Below, piece after piece: positions 1-12,299 of a stretch of DNA of 64,000 nucleotides; within the stretch, counting starts at the first letter, position 1, and every line of letters starts with the position of its first letter. The stretch is taken from positions 1,674,001 to 1,738,000 of the forward strand of contig OZ237736.1 in the NCBI GenBank assembly GCA_965178125.1. Direction: 5' to 3'. Below the pieces are notes generated by a model, which was given only the letters and a program-made list of their open reading frames with translations, ran no database searches and was not told the DNA's origin. The translations under genes and the position numbers were made by a program. The stretch comes from Bilabrum cf. latius. Taxonomy: Eukaryota.

Positions 1-1035
1 GGTGCGAGCAGCCTTGGCTGGCCGCTCTGCGTCCTGCCCAGCTGAACCCCCCCCTTGGGTACCCTATGCAGTGGCTTCCTCCGAGCAGCCACCGCCAGTC
101 TCAACTGCACCTGCTCCTGCTCCTGCCGCTGCAGCCGCCGCCGCCTCTGCCCTCTTGCGTTTCTTGCCGATCCAAGGCCGGCTCCCCTCCCTATCATCTG
201 CCGTGTTCCCCACAATGGCCTTGGCCCTAAGCGTGGCAAGCACATCGTCCGCCTCCTGGTCCAGCCTGCCGAGGGCCTCATCCATGGCCACCTTCTCGCG
301 GCGGGCCAGTGCCTTGCGCTCCTTGTCGCGGGCGATCACCTCTGCGATCACCTCGCTGCGGCTCTTGCGAGGGGCATCATCTTCCTCCTGTTCATCGCTG
401 GGGCCCCTTTGAGAGGCACCTGCAGGGCCACTGCTGGCAGAAGCGGCCCCTGCACGCTGTTGTCGTTCCATCCAAGCCGGGAGCGGCTTCACACCACGCA
501 TCGGGGCTGCGCTCTGGGAAGCAGCCTGCCCCCCACCGAAATGAAGATTCGCAACCCAATCCGCACTGAGACCCTCGCGGTCGGTCTCTGCTGCTTTGTC
601 GTCAAAATCGAATCGATCGGCAGCTCCCCGCCCCTCCTGCTGCATTTTCCCGTAGTCATCGTCCCGCAGAGCTCTCCCAAAATGCGTCAATGGCTCCGCA
701 GGTCCACCTTCAGTGTCATCATCCAGCTAAAATTTCTACTTTTTCTTGCTGCGTCTTGCTCGCTGCAGTTGCCGCTGCCGTTCCCTCTAGGCTCTTGCAA
801 GCATGATCTCTTCCTAATCTGCGGCGGCATCGTCTGCTTTCGCACCAATCCTCCTATCATCAAACTGGTTTGATTTGCCAAGGGCGCGGTATTCCGGCAG
901 AAGCTCCCTCTTTCTTTTCTTGACAGCCTTGTCCCTAGCTGCAGCGACATTGCGGGACGACCCTCGAACTCTACGATTCAAGACATCAAATCGCTAATGC
1001 TTGTTGGCACGCGATTCAAATGGATTGGATGACAT
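1..1035 (-). CDS. NOP14: Nucleolar protein 14 (SSU processome), N-terminal part; runs off window start
   Basis: Reading TAG as sense gives one frame from ATG 1035: MSSNPFESRANKH*RFDVLNRR...LLPEYRALGKSNQFDDRRIG...EEIMLARA*RERQ...LTHFG...LHFGGG...KSRSEVIAEVIA, which are recognisable Nop14 blocks. In-frame TAGs at 994, 814, 787, 736, 727 and 64; no TAA/TGA. Confidence 0.9.
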
Positions 1036-1572
1036 AGTTTCTGGGAAGTTTGGCAGGTTTACTCGAGCGATTCAAGATAAATCCCCGGGAAAGGCAAGTG
1101 CCTAGCGGGGCACACCACGCGCGAGACGAGTGTGAGGAGTGCGCTTGTGATGGCACCAGATCAGATTTAGATGGAGTCCAGTGGCACGGTGGGCTGTCTT
1201 GTTGCATCCAGTGGACCCTGTACAGAGCCAATCATTACGAGACAGCAGGCAAGCGCGGTGACTGATATATTTCTAAATAGACCCCCGTTTCGATTGCATG
1301 ACCACGCTGCCACCACATTCTGGTACAGCCCATGGCCCTACACGGCCACCCAAATCAAACTGGCCCAACTCCCGTGCGACCTCCGCACGAGCTTGAACCA
1401 GCCATCACTAACTGAACCCGACTCGACAGTCGGATCCCCCCCATGACACCACAAGAGGCAACCCCCCAGCTGCCTCGCAGCCTGTGAACCTGGCCCGACT
1501 GTTAGGCCAGCTTCGCAGGCTCACAGAAACACTGGACTGGACCCTCCTCATCAGTTGCACAGCCTAGATTGC

Positions 1573-2203
1573 TCAGATGTGGCTAGGGTAGAGCATCACT
1601 CGCAGCGACGCGCCCATGGCGGCAGGCGGCAAGTTGCGGCGGAACTTAGCCCGAACAATGCCAGAGGTACCATGAGAACGAACAACCTTGCCCCAGATGA
1701 CCCTGAACTTGGTGCCATCGCGCTCGGCCTTGCCCTTATAGATGTACGCTACGCGCTTGCCAAGGTAGAACTTGCCCTCCTCGGTCGTCTCTACACCCTC
1801 TACCTTCACGAGAGCAGTGTGGGAGTACTGGTTCACCTTGGAACTGCAGAACGAAAAAGGCGCAAGTATTTATACATGCTGTGCATCAATGCTTTCTGGA
1901 ACAGCTGCATTGTAAAGGCTAAACTCAACAGGCAGTCTCACCCCTTGTATCCCACAAACTTCCCACGCACGTACAAACGAACGGGCTCCTGCGATAAAAC
2001 AAAATGGTATTTAGCGATTTGAGCTGCATTGGAAGACTGCGTGGCCATCTGAAGCCGTACAAGCGACAACCATCTACTGCAACAGCTCCATTTGTCGACT
2101 TTCGATGAGCTCAACAAAGCAGCTGGAAACAATCACCCACAAGTGCTACACTTCGTACTAAAATACATGCTTTAGCATCCTATCTTACCTTGCTGGCCGA
2201 CAT
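1573..2203 (-). CDS. RPL35A: 60S ribosomal protein eL33 (L35a); exons 2203-2189, 1988-1942, 1843-1573
   Basis: [38 protein letters not shown]...[12 protein letters not shown]...[27 protein letters not shown]...RVMLYPSHI. Two GT-AG introns restore the frame; TGA stop. Confidence 0.95.
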
Positions 2204-2416
2204 AATACCACGGAAATCCTATATATTGTTTCAGCGGTCGTCTCTGGTGATCGGATCACCCCTAACCCTACGTAACAAATCGAAAGTGCTGCTGCAGCAG
2301 TTGCTTTGTGTTTGCAGTTCGAGTAAGACAAGAGCATTGCAACAGTAGAATAGCATACCATTAAATATATTACAGCTATACGAACAACACAGAAAAAGGA
2401 TATCATTGATGCGACT

Positions 2417-3009
2417 TTATCTTGCCCGAGCCATTCCGTGGCCGCCGCCGGCACCCAGTTCTGCTGGTTCTACCCGTGCAGACTTCTCCGTAGTACCCCT
2501 CCCGGAATCTGAATCGCAAACTGGCTTCGCATCGTGTGGCTCTTCGACTAACTCTCCTGTGGTTTTGTCGCTTGTCTTGCCAACGACTCGCTTCGATTCT
2601 TGCTCCGTTTCTGCCGTGGCTCCCCCTTTGAGATATCCCCACATCCGGTACAAAAATTCCCCTGTCCACAAACTGATAAACCACCTCCACTGTGCGTGAA
2701 AAATGCGGTAATCGTGCGAAATATGATTATAGCTTGCCTGGAATTCACCTAGAGCGATATGCAAGGAGCAGGTGCGTGCGAGTGGTATCTCCATTGCTGT
2801 AAACTTACCCAAGATTGACCCTTCGGCCAGAACGCGGCCCGGATAGTTCGTGGCTTGGGAGTTTCGGTGTCCACGTCGCTGGATTCGGTGTCGCGGAATT
2901 CGCATTCTAGGTCTTCACCTCCATCGGATGACGCTACCATCATAATAAGGGCGACAGATAAAAGTACCGCCGAGAGCCCAAATATGACGAATCGCAAGGG
3001 ACACACCAT
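2417..3009 (-). CDS. Small membrane-anchored protein, 'MCPLR...TGxxL(W/Y)' type; probable intron 2808-2690
   Basis: N-terminal MVCPLRFVIFGLSAVLL hydrophobic segment. A GTAAGT donor at 2808 and CAG acceptor at 2690 (alternative 2738) join it in frame to WRWFISLWTGEFLY; TAA stop. Resembles a small conserved uncharacterised family (from memory). Confidence 0.6.
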
Positions 3010-3159
3010 GCCAAACCCGCTGGTGTGGTCACCCGGGAAACCACTTTGGAAGTTCCATCACGATACCAGCGAAAGTTCGTATTCCGTTGCGACCCACCAC
3101 CGGCGCCAAAACTGCAACCGCAGATATTTCGGACGAAGAAATTAGTATCTTGGAGATAC

Positions 3160-6100
3160 ATGAACAGATCTCACAAGGGAGCTGCTTAGCGAAATGCTAT
3201 GTTGGCATCGCCACAGCGGAAGTCTGCAAGAACCCACCATTCGCTCGAAGACACTGCTGGTTTCGGTTCGCAGACTTCCCTCGATGCTACCGCAAGGCTA
3301 GGTTTACAAGCGGAACGGGATGAAATAGCGAGCCCAGTTGCTATGTTTACACCATCTGAGATGCGTATGGTAGACAGAATTGCTGCAGAAGAAGCCAGGC
3401 GTCGCGTTGATGGTGATCGGACACGAGGGCAGCGCCGAGCCTGGGGCGAGCGCGCCCCAGCAGAACTAGAAGTGCGCAGATCACTCTCTCGCCCATTTGT
3501 TGCAGCAGTCACGCACCGCTTTGATGCGGCAGCAGTTCGGAGCATTGCCGAGCAGCGAGTGGCGGAAGATCGAGAGGCGGCTCACTCGCGCGACAGGGCC
3601 GGATTCGAGCCAGAGGTGGCGCGGGGAATGGGCGGCGGCTCTTCGGGCAGGCGTGTGTAGCGCCCTGCGTCCGCTCGGCAGGCTCGCAGCGGGGCAGTAA
3701 AGGCCGGCCCAGACGCGGTGGGCCTGCTGTCCAGCCGACGTGGCGACCGGGAAGAGGGCAAGGAGGAGGAGGACACGTCAGTGCGCGACAGGGGAAAGGG
3801 CAAGGGCAGAGAACGCAGTCGCGCTTCATCGGCACGCAAACATCGCCCAGGCACTGCGGCTGGCCCCAGGCGGGCCGCGCCCCGGTCGGGCAGGAGGTCG
3901 CAGGCGGAGGGCGCGGCGGTGCGCCGGCTGGAGCGGGAGCTGGATCGCATGCGGGGGGAGGTGGAGCGGCTAAGGACTGCCCAGCGCAAGGCAGGGCTCG
4001 CGCGGGCGCACGATACTGCAAACAGGATCCGCGGCGGAGAGCCAGTTAGCGCGGTGCTGGCTGGCAGCAGCGGCGGCAAAGGTGCCGCCCTCGGTGCGTC
4101 CGCGGCTGCCAGTGGCGGGTCCTTCGATAGGCGCGTGGCGCGCGCCAGTGCGGAGAGCGCGTCCCGTCGACGCGAGGTGGAGAAGCTGGCTGGCGAAGCA
4201 GAGGCTTCCGAGGCACGGGTGGCGCGGCTGGAGGCGGAGATCCGGCGGGTGAGAGAAGGAGAGGAACGGGAGCAGGAGCAGCGAGGTGAGGAGGGCGCGG
4301 GGAGGGACGGGCGGAGAGAGGCAGGCTTCGATGGGTCGGATGGGCCCGAGTCAGGACCCCCTCTGCCGATGCCTAGGGCCGAGGGCCTGCCAGAGGACAC
4401 CCTCAGGGGGCGAGGCGGGGACTTGGACGCTGGGAAAGGGGGCCCACAGCATGGGGGGCAGGACATCGTAGCCTCGCAGTCAGACAGACCAGGAGACAGC
4501 ATGCAGGCCCACGAGCGGGACCAGGGGCCCGCAAGTGCCGACGTAGAAGGCGATCGCCGCCCCCGACCCGCGTCAGCCCCGAGCCACCGTCGGAGCAGCT
4601 TCGGCGGCTTTGATGAAGGGCCACGGATGACGATTGCCAGGCGTCGGATGCTGCAGGAGCAGCAGGAGCGAGAGAGGGAACTGGACGCGATGCTGAACCA
4701 CACGTTCAAGGCCAAGCCCATCCCTGAGAGCACTCGGCTGCCCCTGTTCGGACGGATCATGGAGAGGCAGCGCACGCGGCGCGAGATGGTGCACGAGGCG
4801 AGGGCTGCCGAGGTGGCTGGTCAGCTGCGGCCGTTTGCTGCTCTGGAGCAGCATGAGCGGGAGATGCAGCGCCGCAAGCTCCGGGAGCGGGCCGAGCTGA
4901 TCGAGCAAGAGACAAGGGCGCTCCGAGACAGCCGGCGGTTCAAGGCGAACCCGGTGCCCCCCACCACCCGAGAGGCGGACGCAGAGGCCAAGGCTCGGGA
5001 GGAGAGGGAGTCGAGACGGGCGGAGCGGGTCAAGGCGCGGGCCCAGGAGCTCGCGGCCAGGTCAGCGCTGCCCAGCCGCATGCAGCAATGGGAGGCTCGC
5101 CGGCAGGAGGAGGAGCGTATGGGCCGCCGGGCGCGAGAACGGGAGCAGCGGCGCCGACTGGGCATCGAAGAGCCCACTTTCAGGCCCGAGGTGAACCCAA
5201 GCGTGCCGGACTACGAGGCGATGCAGCACAAGTTCCAACGCAAGCTGCAGCAGCGGAAGCAATCCGCGGGTACCACCGTGCCGCAGCCCTTCGGGTTCGA
5301 CGAACCGGAGCGCGTGGCTGCCGAGGAGGCTCGCAAGCGGGCAAAGCGAGAGGCGGACCGGCTTCGTTTCGAGCGCGAGTCAGAGGAGCGGGCGGCGAGG
5401 GCACTCGGAGGCTCGGTGACTCTAGGCAACACTAGCAGGAGCAGGAGCAGGAGCAGGGGTGGCAAGGGGGGCACGAGGCCCATGTCCGCCACGCTGGGCT
5501 CTACCCGCATGGGATCCACGTGGGGAGGGGCAGGCGGGGCACAGGGCGCGCCCGATGCAGCCATGACTCGGGCGACGCTGCTGCGGGAGGAAGCTACTCG
5601 TCGGCGGGCGCTGGAGCGGCAGCGGAAAGAGCGGGAGGAGGCCGAGCTGGAGGAGGCTCGGCAAGAGGAGGCAGCGCGGCTGCGGGGGCAGTACGCTCCG
5701 ATGTTTGCCGCCATGGAGCGGGAGCGGCTCGGCGGGCGCACACTGGCGTGGCAGATGGACGAGGACACCCCAGAGGCGCAGGAGGCAAGGAAGCAGGCCA
5801 GGCGCAGGCAGGCGGAGAACACGAGGCAGCTGCGAGAGAAGGTCCGCAGGGCGGAGGCGAGGCGCACCCCGCTGGTGCTGCTGCAGGCTCGCGCCGCCGC
5901 ACAGGCGGCCAGCCGCAGACAAGGACTGCTGAACGTGGCGGCCACGGTGGCTGCAGGACACGAGGATGCTGCGCTGCGAGGTACTGTTCGGGGCAAGGGC
6001 GCCCGGTCCAAGGCAGAGGCGCGGGCATCGCTGGCGGGGCGGGCGGCATGGCGCGACATGGCAGATGCCGGTGGGCTGGGGGTGGAGGCCGAGGCTGGGC

Positions 6101-6252
6101 CCGGAGGGGCGCAGAGGGGCGTGTTTAGTGCAGATGATGCCGCGGTGATGGCTACTGCGGGGCGAGGTGAGGCCGAGGATGCGCTGCAGAGAGCCAGGGG
6201 GCGCATGCAGGAGCAGCGGGAGGAGGCAGACAGCAGTGCCGGCGGGCAGTGA
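3160..6252 (+). CDS. FAM161/UPF0564-family centriolar/ciliary coiled-coil protein
   Basis: ORFs 3199-3660 and 3718-6252 share a frame and are joined through TAG 3658. Motifs FKAKPIPEST.LPLF, FKANPVP, VPDYE.MQ.KF and TVPQPF are typical of FAM161. TGA stop. Start is 3160 or 3199. Confidence 0.75.
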
Positions 6253-6432
6253 GACTGAAGCCAGCCACTCGCGGTTCCCTCTGAGCTAGTTGCGAGACAT
6301 GTCCGTGGCGGTGGGGTGGATACGCATGCATGCTAGAGCTTTATCTATTACTATATTACCGAGTCGCAACACAAGCACAACAACAGCGACAAGAACTGTG
6401 GAGCCATCATGATCCCACATAGAGGCAACCAA

Positions 6433-7620
6433 TTACCCGTCCGCTGCAGCGGCAGCCGCCCCCCCGCCATCCGAGTCCTCCTGCCCGTCTCCGTCCATTC
6501 CATCTTCCTCATCTACGTCCCCAACCTGCACGTGCGCAGCCCGGCCGGACGACTGATTGGCCGTCGCAGCCGCACCCGAGAAGTCTCCCTTGGCTCTCGG
6601 GTGCGGCTTGCCCTTGTCTTCCTCGTCTCCTTTGTTGGACGGCTCCAGGCAGTAGTACCGTAAGACCCACTCGACCTAGATCGCCACTGCGGCCAGTGCC
6701 CCGAGGAACACGAGCACCACCTCGGCTCCCGCCGCGTTGTACAGCTCCCTCGAGGTCTGGAAGCAGGGGCCCGCGAGACCGAACCAGGCAAAGCCCACGA
6801 TGGCCCACACGATGGTGAATCCAAGAATCAAATTGTATCCCAGCCACAGTGGCCACCACACCTTGAAAGGACACGGGCCGATGGTCTGCCAGGCGAAGAA
6901 TAGAACCAGCAGGTACGCCAGTCCGGTATTGCCGCGAAGATACGTGTCCAGTGGCTGCGTGCAGTCAGTGGAGGCCCCGTATAGAACCAGCGAGTTCGCA
7001 AATATTACGATCACCGCCATTGAGACCGCGCTCCACGGGGACAGCAAATAGGTGGGGGCCGCGACGTGACACACGCGAGCCCAGACGGCATCGGCCCTCG
7101 CCTTGGCCCGCAGGAAGTCCTTAGAAAGATCTACTCTCTCCTCCCGCTCACGCTCGCGCAAGTCCTACTTGAGCTAAGACACGTTTGCCCTCAGGCCAGC
7201 GCTGCCCTCTTCCTCGTCTTCGTCGGGAAATGCGCGTCTGGGATTGCCGTCCGAGTCAACGGCATCCTCGCCCTGTACTGTATTGGGCGCAGATTCATTC
7301 AAGCCAGGTGAAGGTTCGGGACTTAGCAAGCTAGAACCCACATTGGTGGCGGTGCCGTTTCCACCATCATCGAGATCTGGCGTTTCACCGGGTGTTGCTG
7401 CAGGCGTTGGATTCTCCTAGCCTGCAGTGCTGCCCTCTTTCGGGGTTGCAGCCCCACCTCCTTTCTCAGGGGAATTTCTAGTGCTACCATTGTCTGAATT
7501 CGGCTATGTCTGAACAGTTAGACCTATTGTAGGATCATCAGCGGGAGGCGCACCCTCTGCCTGACCGTTGTTTCCAGCGACATCTTGGGCATTGCTAGCA
7601 CTGCCTGCTGCACCCGACAT
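6433..7620 (-). CDS. Hypothetical multi-pass (~4 TM) membrane protein, ~395 aa
   Basis: Frame open from ATG 7620 to TAA 6433 with only TAGs in frame; four hydrophobic segments within 6680-7050. Confidence 0.7.
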
Positions 7621-7793
7621 AACAGGCGAAGAACAAACTGGTAAGTGACGAGTCAACCTTAGTTGCTGAGACTATGTTTAAAATGCGGTCAAGACTGTCG
7701 CACGAGGTCGCTAAGCGAGCAAAACAGTACCTTACAAAAAACTGAACAATCTGAATTCCGACGATTTGCATCGGAAATCTTCTCCCAGCAACA

Positions 7794-8864
7794 ATGTCAG
7801 GCGGACAGAGAAGGCTGTGGTGCTTTTACCATGTACAGAATGATGATGGTGATAGCAGTTCCCATCCAAACGCTTTCAACGTTCGTATTCCTGCGCAGCA
7901 GAAGCTGCCAACATTTGCTGATGTTTTGCGACACTTTCCGCTAGCTGGAACAGGAAGCTTCCACTTTCGGTTCAGAATCCCAAGTAAATCAACGGGATTT
8001 GAATTTTTAGACGTCGTGCATGAGCATGACGTGATCCCGACAATTAAAGGTAACGTGTTCGCAAAGGTTCTGCGTCTCGGTAAGTGCAGCAAGTAGTCCT
8101 AAACGTGTCGCAATCTATTTGAAGGTGCATCTATTACCACTCTCAAAATCAGATTTTCATGGTCCGCCGCAGATAGCTTGGTGTGTGCCAGCCGGCGGCA
8201 CGCAGGGATGCTCCCAGCGGGATAGGATGCGAGAGCCAGAGTTGCAGCAGCAAGGCGATAGGTTGCTCCTATGCTTCCAGAAGGTGGCGCGGCCCGCTCT
8301 ACCGCTCCCGCCTTCTAGCGTAAGCAGTGGGGCCAGTCGGCTGGGGCCGGATCCAGCAGCCCCGCGAAGGCTGGAGACCCCGCCCCTATCCCGGATGCAC
8401 AGATCGACGACGACCTGCGGCACATTAAGGATAAATCGGTGCAGTGGAGCATCATGCACCGAAGGAAAAAGGAGGCCGAGAAGAAGGCAGCCGTACAGGA
8501 GCAGTTCCACCAGCGTGAGGCAGCCGCCAAGGCCGCAGAGGAGGCCAAGTATAAGGCCAAGCTGGCCTACGAGTCGAGGGTCAAGGCTTGGAGGTACGAT
8601 GCCAGCGGGAGCGATAAGGGGGTGCGGCTGCTCCTTAGCACTTTGCACACGGTGCTGTGGGAGGGCGCGAAGTGGACCCCGGTGTCGATGGGACAGCTGA
8701 TGAGCAAGGGCAAAGTGCGGCTGTGGTACCTCAAGGCAGTGCGGGTGGTGCACCCCGACCACCACCAGAGCGACGCATCGGACAGAAAGTATCTCTGCCA
8801 GCAGGTGTTTGACGGCCTGAGCAGCAGCTTCAAGAGGTTTGAGCAGGAAGAGATGGGCAAGTGA
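7794..8864 (+). CDS. DIX-like domain + auxilin-type J-domain protein; intron 8080-8172
   Basis: Exon 1: FYHV..D....HPNAF...PTFADV..HFPL..TGSFHFRF (DIX-like). A GTAAGT...GCAG intron joins exon 2 in frame, through three TAGs, to VRLLLSTLHTVLW...W..VSMGQL...VR.WYLKAVRVVHPD (auxilin J-domain, HPD motif). TGA stop. Confidence 0.85.
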
Positions 8865-8935
8865 GAGGTGCTGCTGCTGCTCTCGTCGTGCCAGACAACA
8901 TGCGCGTCCTTGCTTCGATTATTATACTCATCCAC

Positions 8936-9820
8936 TCATCGTCCACCGCCAGAAGCACCCCGTTTCATCTTGATCGGACCCGAGGCCGATTTCCATACCT
9001 CGTCACTGCCAGCATGACCGCCCTCGGCTGCTCCTCCGGATGCCGCAGCCTTCGCCTGATTCATCGGGTTCTCCGGACTGCGCTGCCACAGCTTAAAAAT
9101 ACGGTCTCTGATCTGGCTACGTTTCAATCCAGGCTCCTCTGCCCTGATGCGGTCCATTTCTCGCTCTTCAAAGGCACGGTATGCGGCTTTTCGTCGGCGC
9201 TCGGGGTGCTTGTCACCTTCCCTGGCTGCAGTTGCCGCCTCCACGCTCACTCCCATCGCATGTGAACTCATTGCCGCAAGGGCAGCATCCAGTCCACTAA
9301 CGCTAATGGTTTGGACTGGCTCTGGAGCACTTCCAGCCGGAGCTGACGCCGCCCTTGCCAGGCCTGCGGGAGCCGCGCACATGTCATCGTCTTTCGAGGC
9401 CTTGGATTTCTTCTTGCTCTTGCCGCTGCTGGTAGACTTCGTTTTCTTAGTTTGTAAAGGACCTAGCCCAAGTGCCCACATGGCTGCCTCGGCGCTAGCT
9501 TTCTTGCTCTTCTTGCTTTTTGAAGCGCTCTTTGGCGTGCCGAATCCTTTCGACTTGTCAGACTTTCGCACCTTTACATACTCTGCAGCTTCAGCATCGC
9601 GAAGTGCCTTTTTCTCAGCTTCGCGTCTCTCTCGTTCGCGGCGCTTCGCTTCGTCTGCTTCCTCTCGTCCCTGCTTTCTAGTGTTTGCGCCCCTGGCCCA
9701 AGCGGCACTCTCAGCATCTTCTGCTTCCCTTCTGCGCACAGCGTCTTTCTCGGCCTACGCAGCCGCTTTCTAGGCCTTGGCCTTGGCCCCTCTCGTATCC
9801 TCTGCCCATTTCTTTGGCAT
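8936..9820 (-). CDS. CCDC124: CCDC124/Lso2/Oxs1 family protein
   Basis: N-terminus MPKKWAEDTRGAKAKA*KAAA*AEKD is reachable only through TAGs at 9770 and 9755. C-terminal HPERRRKAAY.AFEE...PGLKRSQ...WQRSPENPMNQ; TGA stop. Confidence 0.9.
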
Positions 9821-9971
9821 CGGCAATGACCATGTTGCTATTCATGTCGTGATATTTAAATCTTCATCATTCGCGATTTGCATCACATTGGACCAGCTTG
9901 AAGCCTACTCCTCTAGTATACTATGGAAAGTGCACAGCCTGCTAACACAGCCATCCTAGTCTACCAGTGTG

Positions 9972-11978
9972 TCACGGACCTGTACCTGTCCTCCTCCGCT
10001 TACGGGGCTGTTTGGGCTGCCATAGTGGGGACTCCGGCTCCCCATCGCTGCCTGTCTCGTCCACATTTACAGTACCAAACATGTGCACTGCAAGGGCTCT
10101 GTAGTCCACGGGTGCTCGCCTCTTTGGTCGGTTCGAAGACATGCCCACTATACCGCCGTCGTCCTCGTCCTCACCGGAGTCATCGTCTGACGAGTCATCC
10201 GACGTGTCAGTGCTTGAGCTCGATACACTGGCAGAGCCTGACTGCCTGCTGCCAGTGAGACTCTCCCCCTCCGAATCTGCACCCGAGCCGCGTCCACTCT
10301 CCCCTGCATCATCATCATCACCCAACCCTTGCTTGTCACCTCCTGTCTCCTCCTCTAGACCGTCCTCCTCTTCGTCACCCCCCTCCGAGAAGTCGCTTCC
10401 CTCGCTCGAATCAGACTCGAATTCTGCCGCCGATTTGGTTCGCATCGCCTCGAGTGATTTCTTGGCGGCCCCCCTAGACCGCTAGCGGGACCTCTCGCTC
10501 CGCTGGCTCCCTGCCGAGGACTGCCCCGGCCCCATTGCAGCAGCAGCAGCTGCTGCTGTTGCAGACCGAGAGCCACCGCCGTGCCCTCCCAGGGAGAATG
10601 GCACCGGCAGATGGGGTGCCGCTGGCCCTGCCTATGCCTCGCTCCTGAGCCCCGCCCGAGGAGAGCTGACAGCCACCGGACTGCCTACCAGCCGACCCAT
10701 GGTGGCCTTCTCCACAGCATCATGGGCGCTCCACCGGCCCAAATCTCGGCCAGAGGACTTCGACCCTCCGCGTGCACCTGCCTCGTCCGAATGGTCCAGC
10801 CCTCCCCGCTTCAGCTCGCCCCCCAGCACCTCGATGGCCTCCTGGATCGTCTCCGCCCGCTTCAGCTCGCCCCCCAGCGCCGCCTCGAGGGCCAGCAGGG
10901 CGTCTCCCTCCGCCTCGCACAGCGGACACAGCCAGTCCTCGTCCTCGTCGTCCAGGGAAGGAGGGTCCATGCCCACCGGGAGCGGCAGGCAGTACAGGTG
11001 CCAAGCCCTGTCGCAGCCCGCCCCGTCGCACAGGAGCAGCTCGTCACCCTGGTCGTCGTCGCCGTGTCTGCACGCACAGCATTCGATGCGAGACACGTGC
11101 ACAGAACCATCGGCTTGAGTCCTGCTTGCGAGAGGCACAGCGCTGCTGGAGCTGGACTGCGAGCTGCCGGCAGCGCCGGTGGCCGGCGACGATGAGTTCG
11201 ACAGTGGCTGCGGCGGTGGATGTGTCGCTCCTGCGGTTGCCCCTGTTTGGCGCTCCATGGGGTCGTGGGCAGATGCTGATATTGCTAGCTACGGAAAATC
11301 GCTCCTCAGGTCAGTCAGCTGCTGCAGGGAAACGAGGACCTGCCGTCGAATCCGTTCTAGCGCCTGGACAGCCTGGTGCACGCTAGCGTCGAGGTATCTT
11401 CGGTTCTAGATGGACTTCGATTGGGGGGGCTGTACTGCTTTTCCAGTCTTTGCTCCTTCCTTCCGGCTGTCCTGATCGACTTTAGACGAACTCGTCGCAC
11501 CCTTGGTTCGTGACACCCATCGCATGCGGGCATAGCCGCCACCGGCAGGGCTGTTCGATGCAGGCAACCCAGCTGGCCATTGATCGGAAGCACTAGACCC
11601 ATTACCACTTGATTTGTTCCAGCGCGGCGCACTGGCAGACAGAACCGCATGGAGCTCAAACTCTGCGCGACGACAGCTATCAATGACGCGGTCAACAATC
11701 GGATCCCAGGGGAAGTCGGACTTGGCTCCTCTACACTATCTGGAGAGCCGTATCGCTTTCTACACAAGAGTAAGCTAAGCTGAGGCCTCCTTAGGCCTGT
11801 TCCGCTTTGCCCCGATCTTGGGAGGTTGAATGCGGAGCACCTGTTCAGAGCTCGTCTTTGGACCTTGGTTCGCCTATCGGATGTCATCACCTACCCACCC
11901 GTGATAACCAATACCTTCTTTATCTAGAAGCGCATAGTTTGGCCTTTGATTGGCCCTTTTTCGGCGGCCAGATGCCAT
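9972..11978 (-). CDS. PHD-finger chromatin protein (~668 aa) with acidic tail
   Basis: Single frame from ATG 11978 to TGA 9972 through TAGs. C4HC3 finger CCAC...LLLCDGAGCDRAWHLYCL...WLCPLC, reminiscent of the HAT3.1/PRH-type PHD. Confidence 0.8.
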
Positions 11979-12299
11979 GTTGTGCTCGCTTTCTCTAGTG
12001 AAGGACCTTTACCTGTGCAACCCAACACACACAACGGCAGGCCCTGTTTCTCGATTCTACTTCGTGCTGCCACAAGCAAGATGGGTTCAAGTTGTCAGGT
12101 TGAACTGTGCTGTCACACTGTGCGACCGCAAGTTGCGACGGCCACATCACAGGGCGCACGGCAATGTGCTGCATTTTTTCACGGAATGTGGTGTGCCCGA
12201 ATCTGGAAGCACTCCAGCTTGACACGCGCACCGTCGCAACCATTAAAATGCTTCGATTCGTATTGGTATTACGTAGAGCTTAAACAGCCAGGATCGCGA

